Assembly (NCBI GenBank): GCA_963821525.1
Contig: CAWGED010000019.1
Span: 768,001 to 832,000 of the forward strand
From: an uncultured Gemmatimonadales bacterium
Lineage (GTDB): Bacteria; Gemmatimonadota; Gemmatimonadetes; Gemmatimonadales; GWC2-71-9
Reading direction: 5' to 3'
DNA length: 64,000 bases
Shown: in pieces, positions 23,541 through 34,143 of the stretch
How positions within the stretch are numbered: the stretch's first letter is position 1
Layout of the letters: the number at the start of each line of letters is the position of its first letter
Made by a program: the position numbers and the translations under genes
Notes under the pieces: generated by a model
Told to the model about the DNA's origin: nothing
What the model saw: only the letters and a program-made list of their open reading frames with translations
The model's database searches: none

Positions 23541-23990
23541 TCATCCCCGTTGCGGGGGTGCCCTCCGGCCTCGGCGTCCCACGCCTCGGCGGGAAAGACC
23601 CTCTTCCACAATTCGATCAACTCCTTGCCGCTGAGCGGCGCAGGTCCGGGCCGACTCGACTCCATTACCGGCGGCTGGGGGCCCGCCTGCATCAGCTTGG
23701 CCTGCCGGACCTCGAAGATGTCCATTTCGGGTCTCAGCGCCCCCAAGTCGGTAGCCCGGTGCTCTGACCACCAGGCGATCGCTCGCCTCAGGGTGAGCCA
23801 GGAACTCGGGAACCGTGTCGGTAAACCAGAGCACGGCCTTCTCTACCAAGGGCCGCTCCTGCGCCGGGATCACCGCCTGGATCGGCGCCTTCCAGTCTCG
23901 CGCATTCCGTACCCGGTCGAAGGCCGCCGCCAGCTCCTCCAGTCGATAGCCGGTCAAACGCTTCGGATCGTACGCCACGGATGCCGTCAT
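23541..23990 (-). CDS. Hypothetical protein
   Basis: ORF with RBS; AFDRVRNARDWKAPI..AVLWFT; 3' end may be frameshifted. Confidence 0.55.
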   Translation of the reverse strand: MTASVAYDPKRLTGYRLEELAAAFDRVRNARDWKAPIQAVIPAQERPLVEKAVLWFTDTVPEFLAHPEASDRLVVRAPGYRLGGAETRNGHLRGPAGQADAGGPPAAGNGVESARTCAAQRQGVDRIVEEGLSRRGVGRRGRRAPPQRG

Positions 23991-24353
23991 TCGTTCCCTC
24001 GCGCGACAAGTGGACCTTGGGCTGCAACAATTACAACTCTACCCCGATTGCCGGGGCGAACGTATCGCTCGATGGAGTGAATTAAGAGCGATCGCAGGAT
24101 CCTGTCGCCCGCGCTTCAACCCTATAGCCAAGCGCCACGAGGGACCTCTCGGCCGAACCAGCCGAGCAAGTCCCTCGGGTTTCTTCGCTTCGCTTCACTC
24201 CGGAACCAGCAACCACCCGGCTGGTTCGCGCCACTTCGCGAGGATGTCCCGGACGCCGCCCACCGAATAGGAGGGAGGAGGGCAAACCGTAAGGCCAGCC
24301 CTCCCGAATACAGCGTGGATTATCAATGTCAGTGGGCCGGGCGGAGAGGACAA

Positions 24354-25031
24354 TCAATCAAAGGATTGAAACTTGATGGAGTCGAGCGGGACGACTGGGA
24401 CGAGACTTGGCCCCGGTCGGTGCGGCAGCCGCGGAATCTTGGCGGGATCCGCCCCGCGCTGAGAAAAGGCGGCGATCTCCAAGTGGCGGTTGCCTGGGAG
24501 CTTGGACAAGCGCCTGATGCCCGGCCACCGCTTCGGCCGTCCCCGGACTCCGTGCCGCTTGAGCTGACCAAATAGCGACCGAGTCAGTTCCGATGGCAGC
24601 GCCTGAATCCCCTGGACCACAGAGTGGACGGTCTGGAGAAACTGCTCGAACGAGGCACCCGCCATGATGAATCCGGAGACTCCGGCCCGGACGAAGCTCG
24701 CCACATCATTCTGTGGCGCCTCCAGGCCCATGATGATCACCCGCGACTTAGGTACGGCACGATGCAACGCTCCGGCCAGCGCGAGTCTGTCTTCGCCCGC
24801 CTGCCGCAGATTCAGGAGCACTATGTCGGGTCTTGTCGCGCGCACCTGCCGCAGGGCCTCCTTCGTGTCCGCGGAAGGGGCGAGGACATGGAAACCCGGC
24901 TGGGCCCGGATCAGCGACGCGATCCCTTCACGCGCCGGCGGGTAGCCGTTCAGCAGGACCAATGAGATGCGCCTCGTCTGAGCCACGCCAGCTGACCTCG
25001 AAGACCAGGATTCATAGGAATTGGCGCTCAC
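24354..25031 (-). CDS. Atypical NarL-like response regulator (pseudo-receiver, HTH deleted)
   Basis: Paralog of the neighbouring regulator; PDIVLLNL has Asn at the phosphoacceptor position. Confidence 0.7.
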   Translation of the reverse strand: MSANSYESWSSRSAGVAQTRRISLVLLNGYPPAREGIASLIRAQPGFHVLAPSADTKEALRQVRATRPDIVLLNLRQAGEDRLALAGALHRAVPKSRVIIMGLEAPQNDVASFVRAGVSGFIMAGASFEQFLQTVHSVVQGIQALPSELTRSLFGQLKRHGVRGRPKRWPGIRRLSKLPGNRHLEIAAFSQRGADPAKIPRLPHRPGPSLVPVVPLDSIKFQSFD

Positions 25032-25165
25032 CGGCAGATGGTTCCGTCGGGGGACGCTGATCGAGAAGTACTTGCATCGGAATGTGATGAAGCGGGAGGG
25101 GCACAACAATCGCTCGTGCGGACCAGTCGGGAACTCGCTCGAAAGAGCGGGTTCTCGGCGAGGAG

Positions 25166-25894
25166 TTATGGATATGAGGTTCTAGAAGCTCCTCTAGAGT
25201 GCGAGAAGGCGGCCACCTCGAGGCGGCTGTGCAGCGCCAGCTTCTCCAGGACGTTGTGCACGTGGCTCTTGACCGTGTGAACCGCGATGTGCAGCCGAGT
25301 CGAGATCTCCTTGTTGCTCAGACCCTCACCAAGGAGATCAATGACCTGACGTTCCCGGCTGGTCAGGCGGACCGCCTCAAGAACCCGGGCCTTGTTCCCT
25401 CTGGCCGCACGCATCGCGATCTGCGAGAAGAGCGAGTTGGTCAGCGCCGGGGGCAACACCTCGGCGCCGCCGGCCACGGCGCGTATAGTGCCAAAAAAAT
25501 CCTCGAAGGAGGCGTCTTTCATGATGAAGCCGGACGCTCCTGCGCGTACGTAGTTTGCGATATCCTCTTGCAGCGGCAGGAGACCCATGACGATTACCCG
25601 GGCCGCAGGCACCTCGCCGTGGACCGTCGCGGTCAGGCTCAGGCTGTCGTGGTCCTGCAGCCCGAAATCCAGCAGGACCACGTCCGGCTTGGATTCGCGC
25701 ACTTTCTTCAAAGCCTCGTCGACATCCGCGGACGCCGCCAGGACTTTGAATCCCGGCTGGGTGTGGATCAGGGCTGCGATCCCCTCGCGAAGGAGCCGGT
25801 TGTCCTCAATGAGCACGAGCGAAATGGGAGCTGAAACCGGAGCGGTTGCGGCTCCCCCAGCTTTCCTCGCCTTACGCTTGAGTCCCTTCGTCAC
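25166..25894 (-). CDS. NarL/LuxR family response regulator
   Basis: IEDN, PDVVLLD, GASGFIMKD, LTSRERQVIDLLGEGLSNKEI..TVKSHVHN. Confidence 0.93.
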   Translation of the reverse strand: MTKGLKRKARKAGGAATAPVSAPISLVLIEDNRLLREGIAALIHTQPGFKVLAASADVDEALKKVRESKPDVVLLDFGLQDHDSLSLTATVHGEVPAARVIVMGLLPLQEDIANYVRAGASGFIMKDASFEDFFGTIRAVAGGAEVLPPALTNSLFSQIAMRAARGNKARVLEAVRLTSRERQVIDLLGEGLSNKEISTRLHIAVHTVKSHVHNVLEKLALHSRLEVAAFSHSRGASRTSYP

Positions 25895-26116
25895 GGGGTG
25901 ACCGTTTGGGGCCGCGGGGATAATACGGAGGGAAAGCGCCGCCGGACAAACGGGAGGCGACTGGGGGAAGGTATCGGCCACAACAAAATCAGCCAGCGGG
26001 GATTCGCGACCATAGTAGCGCCCCTCCCGTATGCTGATGCTACTTCGCTGTAGCCATCCTACGCATTAAGGCTATCGTATAGCGCTACATCTAGCAAGAC
26101 TCGAGCCGACGCGCGG

Positions 26117-26353
26117 TTGGCCCGAAAGCGCCGTATGGTACGGCTCTGTATTCACCAGATCATGCAGGCTCGCCACATCTCCGCCTACGCTCTCAGCAAA
26201 GGCACCAACCTCAGTTATCCCAGCGCTTACAGGCTCTCCCGGGCCGGCGGTCTCTTCGGCCGGATGCACGCTGAGACCTTGGATGCCCTCTGCGGGTTCT
26301 TCAACCTCCAGCCAGGCAGGCTCATCGAGTGGGTTCCCAAGGGACAAGGCTGA
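26117..26353 (+). CDS. Cro/C1-type HTH transcriptional regulator
   Basis: ISAYALSKGTNLSYPSAYRL..TLDALCGFFNLQPGRLIE. Confidence 0.85.
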   Translation: MARKRRMVRLCIHQIMQARHISAYALSKGTNLSYPSAYRLSRAGGLFGRMHAETLDALCGFFNLQPGRLIEWVPKGQG

Positions 26354-26499
26354 CGGCCAATGCCGTGAGGAGCCTTGGTCCACACCGCTCAGCGGTGAGT
26401 TACTCCTCTCCCTGGTTACAACGCATCGATCGCTGAGCCGAACCCTCGGCCTCACAGGCCGGAATTCAGGACGCGGGATGAAAACGGCTCCTTCGGCAA

Positions 26500-27378
26500 T
26501 CATTTCAATATCCCTCGCCATTCCGTCAACCACCGCCCCGTCCTGCTCACTACCATCGAGCTGTCACTCCCCAGGAAATCCAGATCGGCGTGGCCCAGGC
26601 TCGGATCCGCATAGGTGCCGCGGGTTCGCGCCGAGTCACGGGCAGCGAGAAGAGCGGCCACCGCACGCCGGGTGCCGATCCAGATCAGGCCGTCCGATGC
26701 GCGGATGGCGATGCGTTTGGGCAGGCCGAAGCTGTCGGGGGCGATGTAGAGATGGGCGAGGAAGGGGATAAGACTGGTATCCCGCGAGAAGGAAAGCAGC
26801 GTGAGGTAACGAATCCGGAGCGCCTGGTCCTGCGTCGCCAGAAAGCGAGCTACCATCGTGTCCGCGGCACCCTGGTCCAGTCTGCCAAACACCCAGGCGT
26901 CTCCCACGTCGTAGTTCCCCTCCGGTATCCTCGGCAGGAGGCCCGAGAGTAGGGCGAGATCTCCCTGCTTCGCACGACTCAGCTCGAGTTCGATGGCGTG
27001 CAGCGCCGGCAACAGATCTCCCGGGTCCTCACCCGCCGGCACTTTTAGGGTTCCCTTCTCGATTCGATCGCGCCAGCGGCGCACACTGTCCGCGCTCGTC
27101 GGGTCTCGCAGCTCGGCGATGCGGGTGAGTGCGAGGAGCCCGTCATTGTACGGCCGGCGCCCCGCAAGGGCGTCGCGAACTCGGGGCCACAATTTCGCCA
27201 CCTTCTTCTCAGCCATGATCGCGGCGACGGTATCTGCCGCCGGAGTCCCCTCCCGCAAGCTCTCGTGGATTTCCGAGTAGATCGTGCGGGTCGAATCGCC
27301 GATCCGGATCTGAATCTGGGCGGCTGCCGAGCGGCCCCCGACCAGGGCGAGGGCGAGGAGGACTGCGGCTGCTCTCAT
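26500..27378 (-). CDS. Secreted hypothetical helical-repeat protein
   Basis: Signal peptide ending AAAQ; HEAT-like helices. Confidence 0.65.
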   Translation of the reverse strand: MRAAAVLLALALVGGRSAAAQIQIRIGDSTRTIYSEIHESLREGTPAADTVAAIMAEKKVAKLWPRVRDALAGRRPYNDGLLALTRIAELRDPTSADSVRRWRDRIEKGTLKVPAGEDPGDLLPALHAIELELSRAKQGDLALLSGLLPRIPEGNYDVGDAWVFGRLDQGAADTMVARFLATQDQALRIRYLTLLSFSRDTSLIPFLAHLYIAPDSFGLPKRIAIRASDGLIWIGTRRAVAALLAARDSARTRGTYADPSLGHADLDFLGSDSSMVVSRTGRWLTEWRGILK

Positions 27379-28542
27379 GCGGAAGCCCGGGGTTGCGGCA
27401 CGGTGAGCCAGAAAAGGACCGCAACCACCATGGTCGCGGCAGAAACCCGGAGCGCGACCGGTGCCCCGGCGTGCTGGTAGAGCGCTCCGAATCCGACCGC
27501 CGCCGGCAGCGCGGCGAGACCGGTTACGCCGTGATAGGCACCAAATCCTCGTCCGGTACGCCGTGGAGCGAGCCGGGCCACTAGCGCACGCTCGGCGGAC
27601 TCGGTGAGACCGGCGACCAGGCCAAGGGTGAGAAAGGCGGTAACCGCCGGCCCAACTCCGGCGTTGAGACCCATCGCAAACGCTCCGGCCGCGAAGAGCA
27701 GTCCCCCGGCCGCGACCAGACTCCGCTGACCGATGCGGTCGGTGAGCCAACCTCCCGGATAGGATGATGCGGTTCGTACGACGTGGAGGCCGGCCCATAC
27801 GAGCGGAATCATCGCGACGGGCACACCGACGTCCTGCAGCCGGAGCAGAAGCAAGGTCTCCGGAAGGCGGCAGAGCACCAGTGCGGCCAGAGCCAGGACG
27901 GGAGCCCAGAAGGTCTGCCCTGTCGCATCCACCGAGGCGGTGGGTGCGGCGACAGGCTCACGACTCGTTGTGCGTCGCAGAGTGACGATCAAGGACCAGC
28001 ATCGCAACGATACCGGGAACAGCGCTCCACTGCAGCACCTTGCGGACGTCCACCGCTTGCGAGAGCAGCCACCAGGCCAGCAACGAGCCGGGGATGGAGC
28101 CGAAGTGATCGGCCGCGCGATGAAGCCCGAAGGCCCTCCCCTGCACTTCCCTTGGTGTGATCTCGGCGATCAGCGCATCACGCGGCGGGGTCCGCAGGCC
28201 CTTGCCGACCCGATCAAGCACCCGAAATCCCACCACCTGCCAGGCCGCGCTGGCGATCGCCATCAGGGGACGAACCAGAATCGCGGACGCGTATCCGAGG
28301 AGGATGAGCGGCTTCTGCCACCCGCGCCGGTCGGCGAGGCGGCCGCTGATCCACTTGGTAACCGCCGCGGTCAGGTCGGCCGCACCATCGAGGGCGCCGA
28401 GCGTGGTCGCCGTCCCGCCTAGTGTGCCGATTACATACGCGGGCAGGAGGGGGTACACCATCTCGCTCGCGAAGTCGTTGAAGAGCGAGACGAGGGCGAG
28501 GCCCTTGACGGTCGGGGGGATTGAAGCCGGAGAGGATGTCAG
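27375..28542 (-). CDS. MFS transporter (frameshift near 27990)
   Basis: SLFNDFASEMVYPLLP, GRLADRRG, DRVGKGLRTPPRDAL, GWLTDRIG. Confidence 0.9.
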
Positions 28543-28681
28543 ATTGAAGATTTCAGATTGAAGATTGAATTACTGCAATTGAGGATTGAGGATCTCAGAT
28601 TGAAGATTTCAAAACCGACAGGTGATCGAACTGCTTCAAATCTTAACTCATTCAATCTTCAATCTGAAATATCCCAATCCT
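28541..28681. repeat. Inverted 7-mer arrays (AGATTGA/AGATTTC vs TCAATCT)
   Basis: agattgaagatttcagattgaagattga.. and ..ttcaatcttcaatctgaaat. Confidence 0.8.
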
Positions 28682-28683
28682 CC

Positions 28684-30291
28684 TCACTCATCAATTCCCA
28701 GCCCCATTCCCCACCTGATCAGCGACACCGGCAGACCGCCGTAACTCAGAAACTCGTTGTGGAATTGCTGAAGCTGGAAGGAACCGCCTTCGCGGTCGCG
28801 GTAGGCATCCCGCAGATGAAGAATCTCGCGGCGGCCGACGGCGTAACACAGCTGGTAGGTTGGCCACGCACAGTAGCGACTCACCTCGGCGGCAGCTCGA
28901 CCGCGATCCATCGCGAGGTGATCCACCATGTAGTCGGTCGCTTCCACGGGAGTCATCCCCCGGGTGTGCAGCCCCACATCCAGCACGATGCGGATCGCAC
29001 GCCACAGGAGGTGAAGCCGCTGGAAGAGCCGCTGCTCGAGCGAGGCGAAATACCCCTCCTCCGCCATCAGCTCCTCGCAGTAGAGCGCCCAACCCTCGAC
29101 GGTGACGGGAGTCCAGAGCACGCGCCGAACCGGAGACTCCTGCGCCTGCGCCGTGAGCATCTGCAGATGGTGCCCGGGGTAGGCCTCGTGAATTGCGGTG
29201 GCGGCCACCTCGTGCATGCAATACAGTCCCTCGGAGGAACGAGCCCCATTGGGAGAGGTGACGTAGAACATCCCGCTGCGGTCGGCCGCCATCGCTCCCG
29301 GCGCCTCGTAGGCGGCGAAGGGAACCAGGGGCCGCAGGAAACGAGGCGTGTCCACCACCTCGAGATCCCCGTCGGGGATGCGCACCAGGCTGCGCTCGGC
29401 CACGAACTGCCGTGCTCTGCCGGTTTCTTCGCGGAAGACGTTCACCAGATCGGAGTCGGGTGGTGACTGACTGCGGAGGCGCTCGATCAGTTTCCGCCAC
29501 GGAGCGGAGGGATCGATTTTCTTCGCCAGCGCGACTATCTCCGCCTCGACCTCTTCGACCAGGTGTAATCCGTAGCGATACAGTTCCGGTGCACCGGCCT
29601 GCAACGCATGCTCGTGATGCAGCCGCCGGTTGAACTGCTCCTCGCCGATCGCGAACGAGAGGTCATCGGGGTTCGCGTTGAGCTCACTCCGCAGCGCCAG
29701 TGCAAATCGCTCGAGCGAGGACTCGGCCTCTCCCAGCGCCTCGTCCAGGTCGTCGCTGGTCTCGGGGGCCCAGAGCTTCGCCGCGCCGGCCGCGTCCCGG
29801 AACAATGCAGGTCCACCCGCCACCATTGCCGATGCGGTTTCGAGGAAAATCCGGGGAGGATCTACCAGTGTCTCGCGCGCCGAGCGGAGAAAGGCGGGAG
29901 TCGCCTTGAGACGGCCGAGGACGCCGTGCCCGCGAGGCCTCGCCTCGGGATCCCGCCGGCGCAGCAGAGAATGGAAGCCCTGAAAGAGATGTGAGAGCCA
30001 GTACCCGGGGTCGTGGATGTGTGGCTTCTCGCGCTCGAAACGGAAGACGGTGATGCGGATTTCGTCGAGGAAGGCGGTACGATCGATTTCTTCCTCGGTC
30101 TCGTCGATCTCCAGCTGTTCCACCGCCGCCGCCATCGACTTGAAGGCCGAGAGGTGGGTGCGCATCGCCTCGGCATCGAAGGAGCCGAGCCGGTGATCGA
30201 GCGAGGTGATGCCCGTCGCGCTGGCCGCGGCGGGATCGAAGTGCCACCGGAGATCGAGGTAGGACCGGTAGAGATCTTCAGTGCCCGGCAT
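28684..30291 (-). CDS. DUF885 family protein (zinc-peptidase-like)
   Basis: HEAYPGHHLQ, EGWALYCE, RAIRIVLDVGLH. Confidence 0.92.
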   Translation of the reverse strand: MPGTEDLYRSYLDLRWHFDPAAASATGITSLDHRLGSFDAEAMRTHLSAFKSMAAAVEQLEIDETEEEIDRTAFLDEIRITVFRFEREKPHIHDPGYWLSHLFQGFHSLLRRRDPEARPRGHGVLGRLKATPAFLRSARETLVDPPRIFLETASAMVAGGPALFRDAAGAAKLWAPETSDDLDEALGEAESSLERFALALRSELNANPDDLSFAIGEEQFNRRLHHEHALQAGAPELYRYGLHLVEEVEAEIVALAKKIDPSAPWRKLIERLRSQSPPDSDLVNVFREETGRARQFVAERSLVRIPDGDLEVVDTPRFLRPLVPFAAYEAPGAMAADRSGMFYVTSPNGARSSEGLYCMHEVAATAIHEAYPGHHLQMLTAQAQESPVRRVLWTPVTVEGWALYCEELMAEEGYFASLEQRLFQRLHLLWRAIRIVLDVGLHTRGMTPVEATDYMVDHLAMDRGRAAAEVSRYCAWPTYQLCYAVGRREILHLRDAYRDREGGSFQLQQFHNEFLSYGGLPVSLIRWGMGLGIDE

Positions 30292-31534
30292 CAACCGCAC
30301 CCATTCGCGCCGCCTCGACCAGACGGTGGCACTCTTCGTCCGCCAGTGTATGAGCCGACCGCTTGGCGGCCTGGAACAGCGCGTCCACCGTGCGGGAATC
30401 CTCGGGGTCGTACCCGTGTTCTTCCAGCCAGCACTTCACATTCGAAACCCCGGACTGGGGTGAGATGTCGATACGCTGGTTCAAGCCAAACTCGCCGGCC
30501 GGCACGCTGGAGTAGACCCGGTCGGCCAGCCAGGCGTCACCCTTCTTGCGAGCCTTGACGATCGCGGCGGCGTGTACGCCCGTGCCGGTGCGGAATGCGT
30601 CCGCGCCCACGACCGGATAATTCACCGGAATGGGCACGCCGGTCGCCTCGGCGGCCAGCCGGCAGTACTCGGGTAGGCGCGAGACATCGTGGGTGTAGAG
30701 ACCGAGCAGACGGAGATTCACGATCAGCAGATCCATCTCCGTGTTTCCGACTCGCTCTCCTACTCCGAGGGCGGTGGCGTGCACCCGGTCCACCCCGGCC
30801 TCGATCGCCGCCAGGCAATTCGCGATGCCGAGTCCCCGATCCCGGTGGCCATGCCAGTCCAGCTTCACGTCCTCCCCGGATGGCGAAATGATCTCATCCC
30901 GAACGAAACGGACCAGGTTGCGCACACCGGACGGCGTCGCGTGCCCGGTCGTATCCGCGAGACATAGCCGGCGCGCTCCCCAACGAATGGCGTTGCCATA
31001 GAGCGCCTTGAGCGTTTCGGGTCGAGCGCGAGTGGTATCCTCGGTCACGTACATGACCGGCAGGCCCTGCCGCACGGCGAAGGTGACGGCCTCCTCCGAT
31101 ACCCGCAGCATCCGATCCAGCGTCCAATCCTCGGCGTACTGCCGGATGGGAGAGGAGCCGATGAAGGTCGCGGCCTCGAGGGCGAGGCCGGTCTCCTGAC
31201 TGATTTGCGCGATGGGCTCGATGTCCCTGACCAGCGTCCGGGCGGCGCAGTTGGGGCTCACGGGCAACCGGCTGTTGGCGATCTCCCAGGCCAGGGTCCG
31301 CACCTGGTCCACCATGCGCGGCCCGGCCCCGGGCAGCCCGATGTCGGCCGAGGCGATGCCGAGGTCGGCCATAAGGTGGAGCAGGCGAAGCTTATCCGAC
31401 ATCGAGGGGTCCGACACCGACGGCGACTGCAGCCCGTCCCGGAGAGTCTCATCATTGAGCTCCACCCGGGCAGTGCGATAGTCGAACCCGCCATCAAGCG
31501 GATTCCAGTCGTAGATCAGATCGGCTTCCCGCAT
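30278..31534 (-). CDS. LeuA/homocitrate synthase family (DRE-TIM), no regulatory domain
   Basis: DETLRDGLQ, WHGHRDRGLG, GVGERVGN. Confidence 0.9.
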   Translation of the reverse strand: MREADLIYDWNPLDGGFDYRTARVELNDETLRDGLQSPSVSDPSMSDKLRLLHLMADLGIASADIGLPGAGPRMVDQVRTLAWEIANSRLPVSPNCAARTLVRDIEPIAQISQETGLALEAATFIGSSPIRQYAEDWTLDRMLRVSEEAVTFAVRQGLPVMYVTEDTTRARPETLKALYGNAIRWGARRLCLADTTGHATPSGVRNLVRFVRDEIISPSGEDVKLDWHGHRDRGLGIANCLAAIEAGVDRVHATALGVGERVGNTEMDLLIVNLRLLGLYTHDVSRLPEYCRLAAEATGVPIPVNYPVVGADAFRTGTGVHAAAIVKARKKGDAWLADRVYSSVPAGEFGLNQRIDISPQSGVSNVKCWLEEHGYDPEDSRTVDALFQAAKRSAHTLADEECHRLVEAARMGAVDAGH

Positions 31535-31570
31535 GGGGGAAGTGTTGCGGGGGACACCGGTGGGGTCAAG

Positions 31571-31675
31571 GGAATGGCGGAATGAATGAAATGGCGGAAT
31601 GGAGGAATTGAAATGGCGCTGTATCTTCCCTTCCGTCCATTCAACCATTCCGCCATTTCCGCCATTCCGCCATTG
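31571..31675. repeat. Inverted 8-mer arrays (GGAATGGC / GCCATTCC)
   Basis: ggaatggcggaatgaatgaaatggcggaatgg.. / ccattccgccatttccgccattccgccatt. Confidence 0.8.
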
Positions 31676-33088
31676 CCCCTCGACCTCGACTACCCCACCA
31701 TGCAGCGCCTTGGGCGCCGGGTCGCCGACCTGGTGGCTCGCCATCTCGCCACACTCCGGGAGCAGCCCACCCGGCGCACCCTGAGCCGCGCTGAGGCCGA
31801 CCGAATGATCGCGGGTCCGGCTCCAAGGAGCGGCACCGACTTCGAAACGCTGCTGGCCAAGCTCGAGCGGGACGTGATCCCCTACCACACCCGAGAGCCG
31901 CACCCGGGCTTCGTAGCCTACGTCCAAAGCTGCTCTGCATTTCCGGCAGTCTTGGGAGACTGGATCGCGACCGGATACAACTTCTTCGGCGGGGCCTGGG
32001 TCGTGGCCCCCGGTCCCACGACGCTCGAGTTGACCGTGCTGGACTGGTTTCGCGAATGGCTGGGAATGCCGAAGGGTGCTGGCGGACTGCTCACCAGCGG
32101 GGGATCCACCGCGACCCTCACCGCGGTCGTCGCGGCCCGTCACGCCATGTGCGACGACCCGGCACGGCTCGCCAAGGCCGTGCTTTACACCTCGGACCAG
32201 GCTCACTCGTCGGTGACTCGCGCCGCCTGGATCGCGGGATTGCCTCGAGACCACATCCGCGCCGTGCCGGTAGACGGCGAGTGGCGGATGAAGCCCGACG
32301 AGCTGCAGAAGGCGATCACTCAGGATCGGAATGCGGGGCTTCTTCCCGTCGCGGTCGTAGCCAGCGCGGGAACCACCAACACCGGAGCAGTGGATCCGCT
32401 GGTCGCGATTGCCGATCTCTGCAAGCGGGAAGGCCTGTGGTTCCACGTGGACGCGGCCTACGGCGGATTCACCGTCCTCACCGACCACGGCCGGCGGATG
32501 CTGGACGGGATCGGCCTGGCCGACAGCATCACACTCGACCCGCACAAGTGGCTCTTCGTGCCGTTCGAGTGCGGCTGCCTCATGGTGAAGGATCCGGCCC
32601 GGCTGCGCCAGGCTTTCCACATCCTGCCGGAATACCTCGAAGCGCTCGACACCGCCGCCGAGGAGGTGAACTTCGCCGACCTCGGTGAGCAGCTGTCGCG
32701 CTACTCCCGGGCCTTCAAGGTCTGGCTATGCGTGCAGTACTACGGAACCGAAGCGCTAGGTGGGGCGATCGAACAGGGGATTCGCAACGCGGAAATCGCG
32801 GAGGAGCTGATACGACAGGCGCCGGAACTCGAGATCCTCTCGCCGGCCCGGCTTGGCATACTGTGCTTTCGGGCGCGAGGAACTGGAGACGCTGCCACAC
32901 TGGACGCCTTGAACCACCGGATCCTGCAGCGAGTGAACGACAACGCCCGCTACTTCATCTCAACAACGCGGCTCAATGGCGCGCTGGCGCTTCGCATCTG
33001 TACCCCCGGTTTTCGGACAACGCCAGATGACATCAAGGGGCTGGTTCAGGAGATCAGGGACGTTGTCGCGGAACTGCGTGAGAAGTGA
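31673..33088 (+). CDS. Group II PLP-dependent amino acid decarboxylase
   Basis: LTSGGS, SDQAHSS, AGTTNTGAVD, HVDAAYGG, DPHKW. Confidence 0.93.
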   Translation: MPLDLDYPTMQRLGRRVADLVARHLATLREQPTRRTLSRAEADRMIAGPAPRSGTDFETLLAKLERDVIPYHTREPHPGFVAYVQSCSAFPAVLGDWIATGYNFFGGAWVVAPGPTTLELTVLDWFREWLGMPKGAGGLLTSGGSTATLTAVVAARHAMCDDPARLAKAVLYTSDQAHSSVTRAAWIAGLPRDHIRAVPVDGEWRMKPDELQKAITQDRNAGLLPVAVVASAGTTNTGAVDPLVAIADLCKREGLWFHVDAAYGGFTVLTDHGRRMLDGIGLADSITLDPHKWLFVPFECGCLMVKDPARLRQAFHILPEYLEALDTAAEEVNFADLGEQLSRYSRAFKVWLCVQYYGTEALGGAIEQGIRNAEIAEELIRQAPELEILSPARLGILCFRARGTGDAATLDALNHRILQRVNDNARYFISTTRLNGALALRICTPGFRTTPDDIKGLVQEIRDVVAELREK

Positions 33089-33163
33089 GAGGTGAGAAGT
33101 AAGAGGTGAGGCGTGAGATACTTTACCTTCTCACCTCTCACGTCTCACATCTCACGCTTTTTT
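33078..33163. repeat. Inverted 7-mer arrays (GTGAGAn x6 / nTCTCAC x4) plus T-run; probable terminator
   Basis: 33078-33119 and 33128-33155, between convergent genes. Confidence 0.85.
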
Positions 33164-34140
33164 TATTCGATCGTCACTTCCGAATCGTCGCCCAGGCTGG
33201 CGAAGCCCTTGAGCCCGATCGCGGTGACCCGATCGCCCAGCATCGAGTGGTGCAGGTCGCTCTTAACTACCGTGCTCTTCCTGCCGATGATGGAATGCCG
33301 GATCCGGCTGTCCCGCACGTCGGCGCCGCGCTCCAGGGTGACGTTGGGGCCGATCTCGCTCCGCTCGATTCTCACTCCTTCCTCGATACGAACCGGATCG
33401 TGCAGGGTGACGCCGGGAAACTCCTGACGCAACGCCGCTCCTTTGCGGAGCAGGATCTCGTTGGTCTCCAGCAGGGTGTCGAGCTTGCCGCAGTCGTACC
33501 AGCCGCCCACCTCGGCGCTGAGAATCTTCTTCCCGTTTTCGATCATGTGCTGGAAGGCGTCGGTCAGATAGAACTCGCCCTTGTTGGTCGGGCTCTTCAG
33601 CACGTGGTCGATCCCCCGCCAGAGCGCCTCGGTATCGCGAATGTAGTAGAGGCCGATATTGGCCAGCTTGGAGATCGGAGTGGATGGCTTCTCAACGATC
33701 TGCGTCATGTACCCTGACTTGTCGGTCACCACGACGCCAAATCGCTGGTAGTCCTCTACCTCCTTGGCCCAGATGATCCCGTCGGCGTTGGTCCGGTTGA
33801 TGAGGGTGAGATCGGCCTCGAACACCGTATCCACGAACACGATGAGGATCGGCTCCCGCACCAGTTGCCTGGCGAGGTTGACCGCACCGGCAGTCCCGTC
33901 CTGGACCTTCTGCTCGATGAACCGGCTGGGAATCGGGTAGCGAGCCCTCGCGTACTCCTCCACCTGCTCCTTGAGATGCCCGGTGATGAAGATCAGCTCG
34001 GTCACATCGAGACCAGCGAGCGTGTCCATCACCCAGTCCATGACCGGCCGTCCCGCGACTTTGAGAAGAGGCTTGGGAACGAGATGGGTGTGCGGCCTCA
34101 GGCGAGTGCCCTTCCCGGCCAGTGGTATGATCACCTGCAT
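33163..34140 (-). CDS. Sugar-phosphate nucleotidyltransferase
   Basis: LAGKGTRLRPHT..PKPL, EKP, WYDCG, C-terminal hexapeptide-like region. Confidence 0.93.
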   Translation of the reverse strand: MQVIIPLAGKGTRLRPHTHLVPKPLLKVAGRPVMDWVMDTLAGLDVTELIFITGHLKEQVEEYARARYPIPSRFIEQKVQDGTAGAVNLARQLVREPILIVFVDTVFEADLTLINRTNADGIIWAKEVEDYQRFGVVVTDKSGYMTQIVEKPSTPISKLANIGLYYIRDTEALWRGIDHVLKSPTNKGEFYLTDAFQHMIENGKKILSAEVGGWYDCGKLDTLLETNEILLRKGAALRQEFPGVTLHDPVRIEEGVRIERSEIGPNVTLERGADVRDSRIRHSIIGRKSTVVKSDLHHSMLGDRVTAIGLKGFASLGDDSEVTIE

Positions 34141-34143
34141 CGG

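Noticed and set aside
24276..24305. GGCAAACC resembling a c-di-GMP-I riboswitch
   Set aside because: No GAAA tetraloop or second stem follows; it is a simple hairpin, probably a terminator
31535..32620. N-terminal extension of the 780-aa ORF 30278-32620
   Set aside because: Antisense shadow of the decarboxylase gene; the LeuA-like protein starts at 31534
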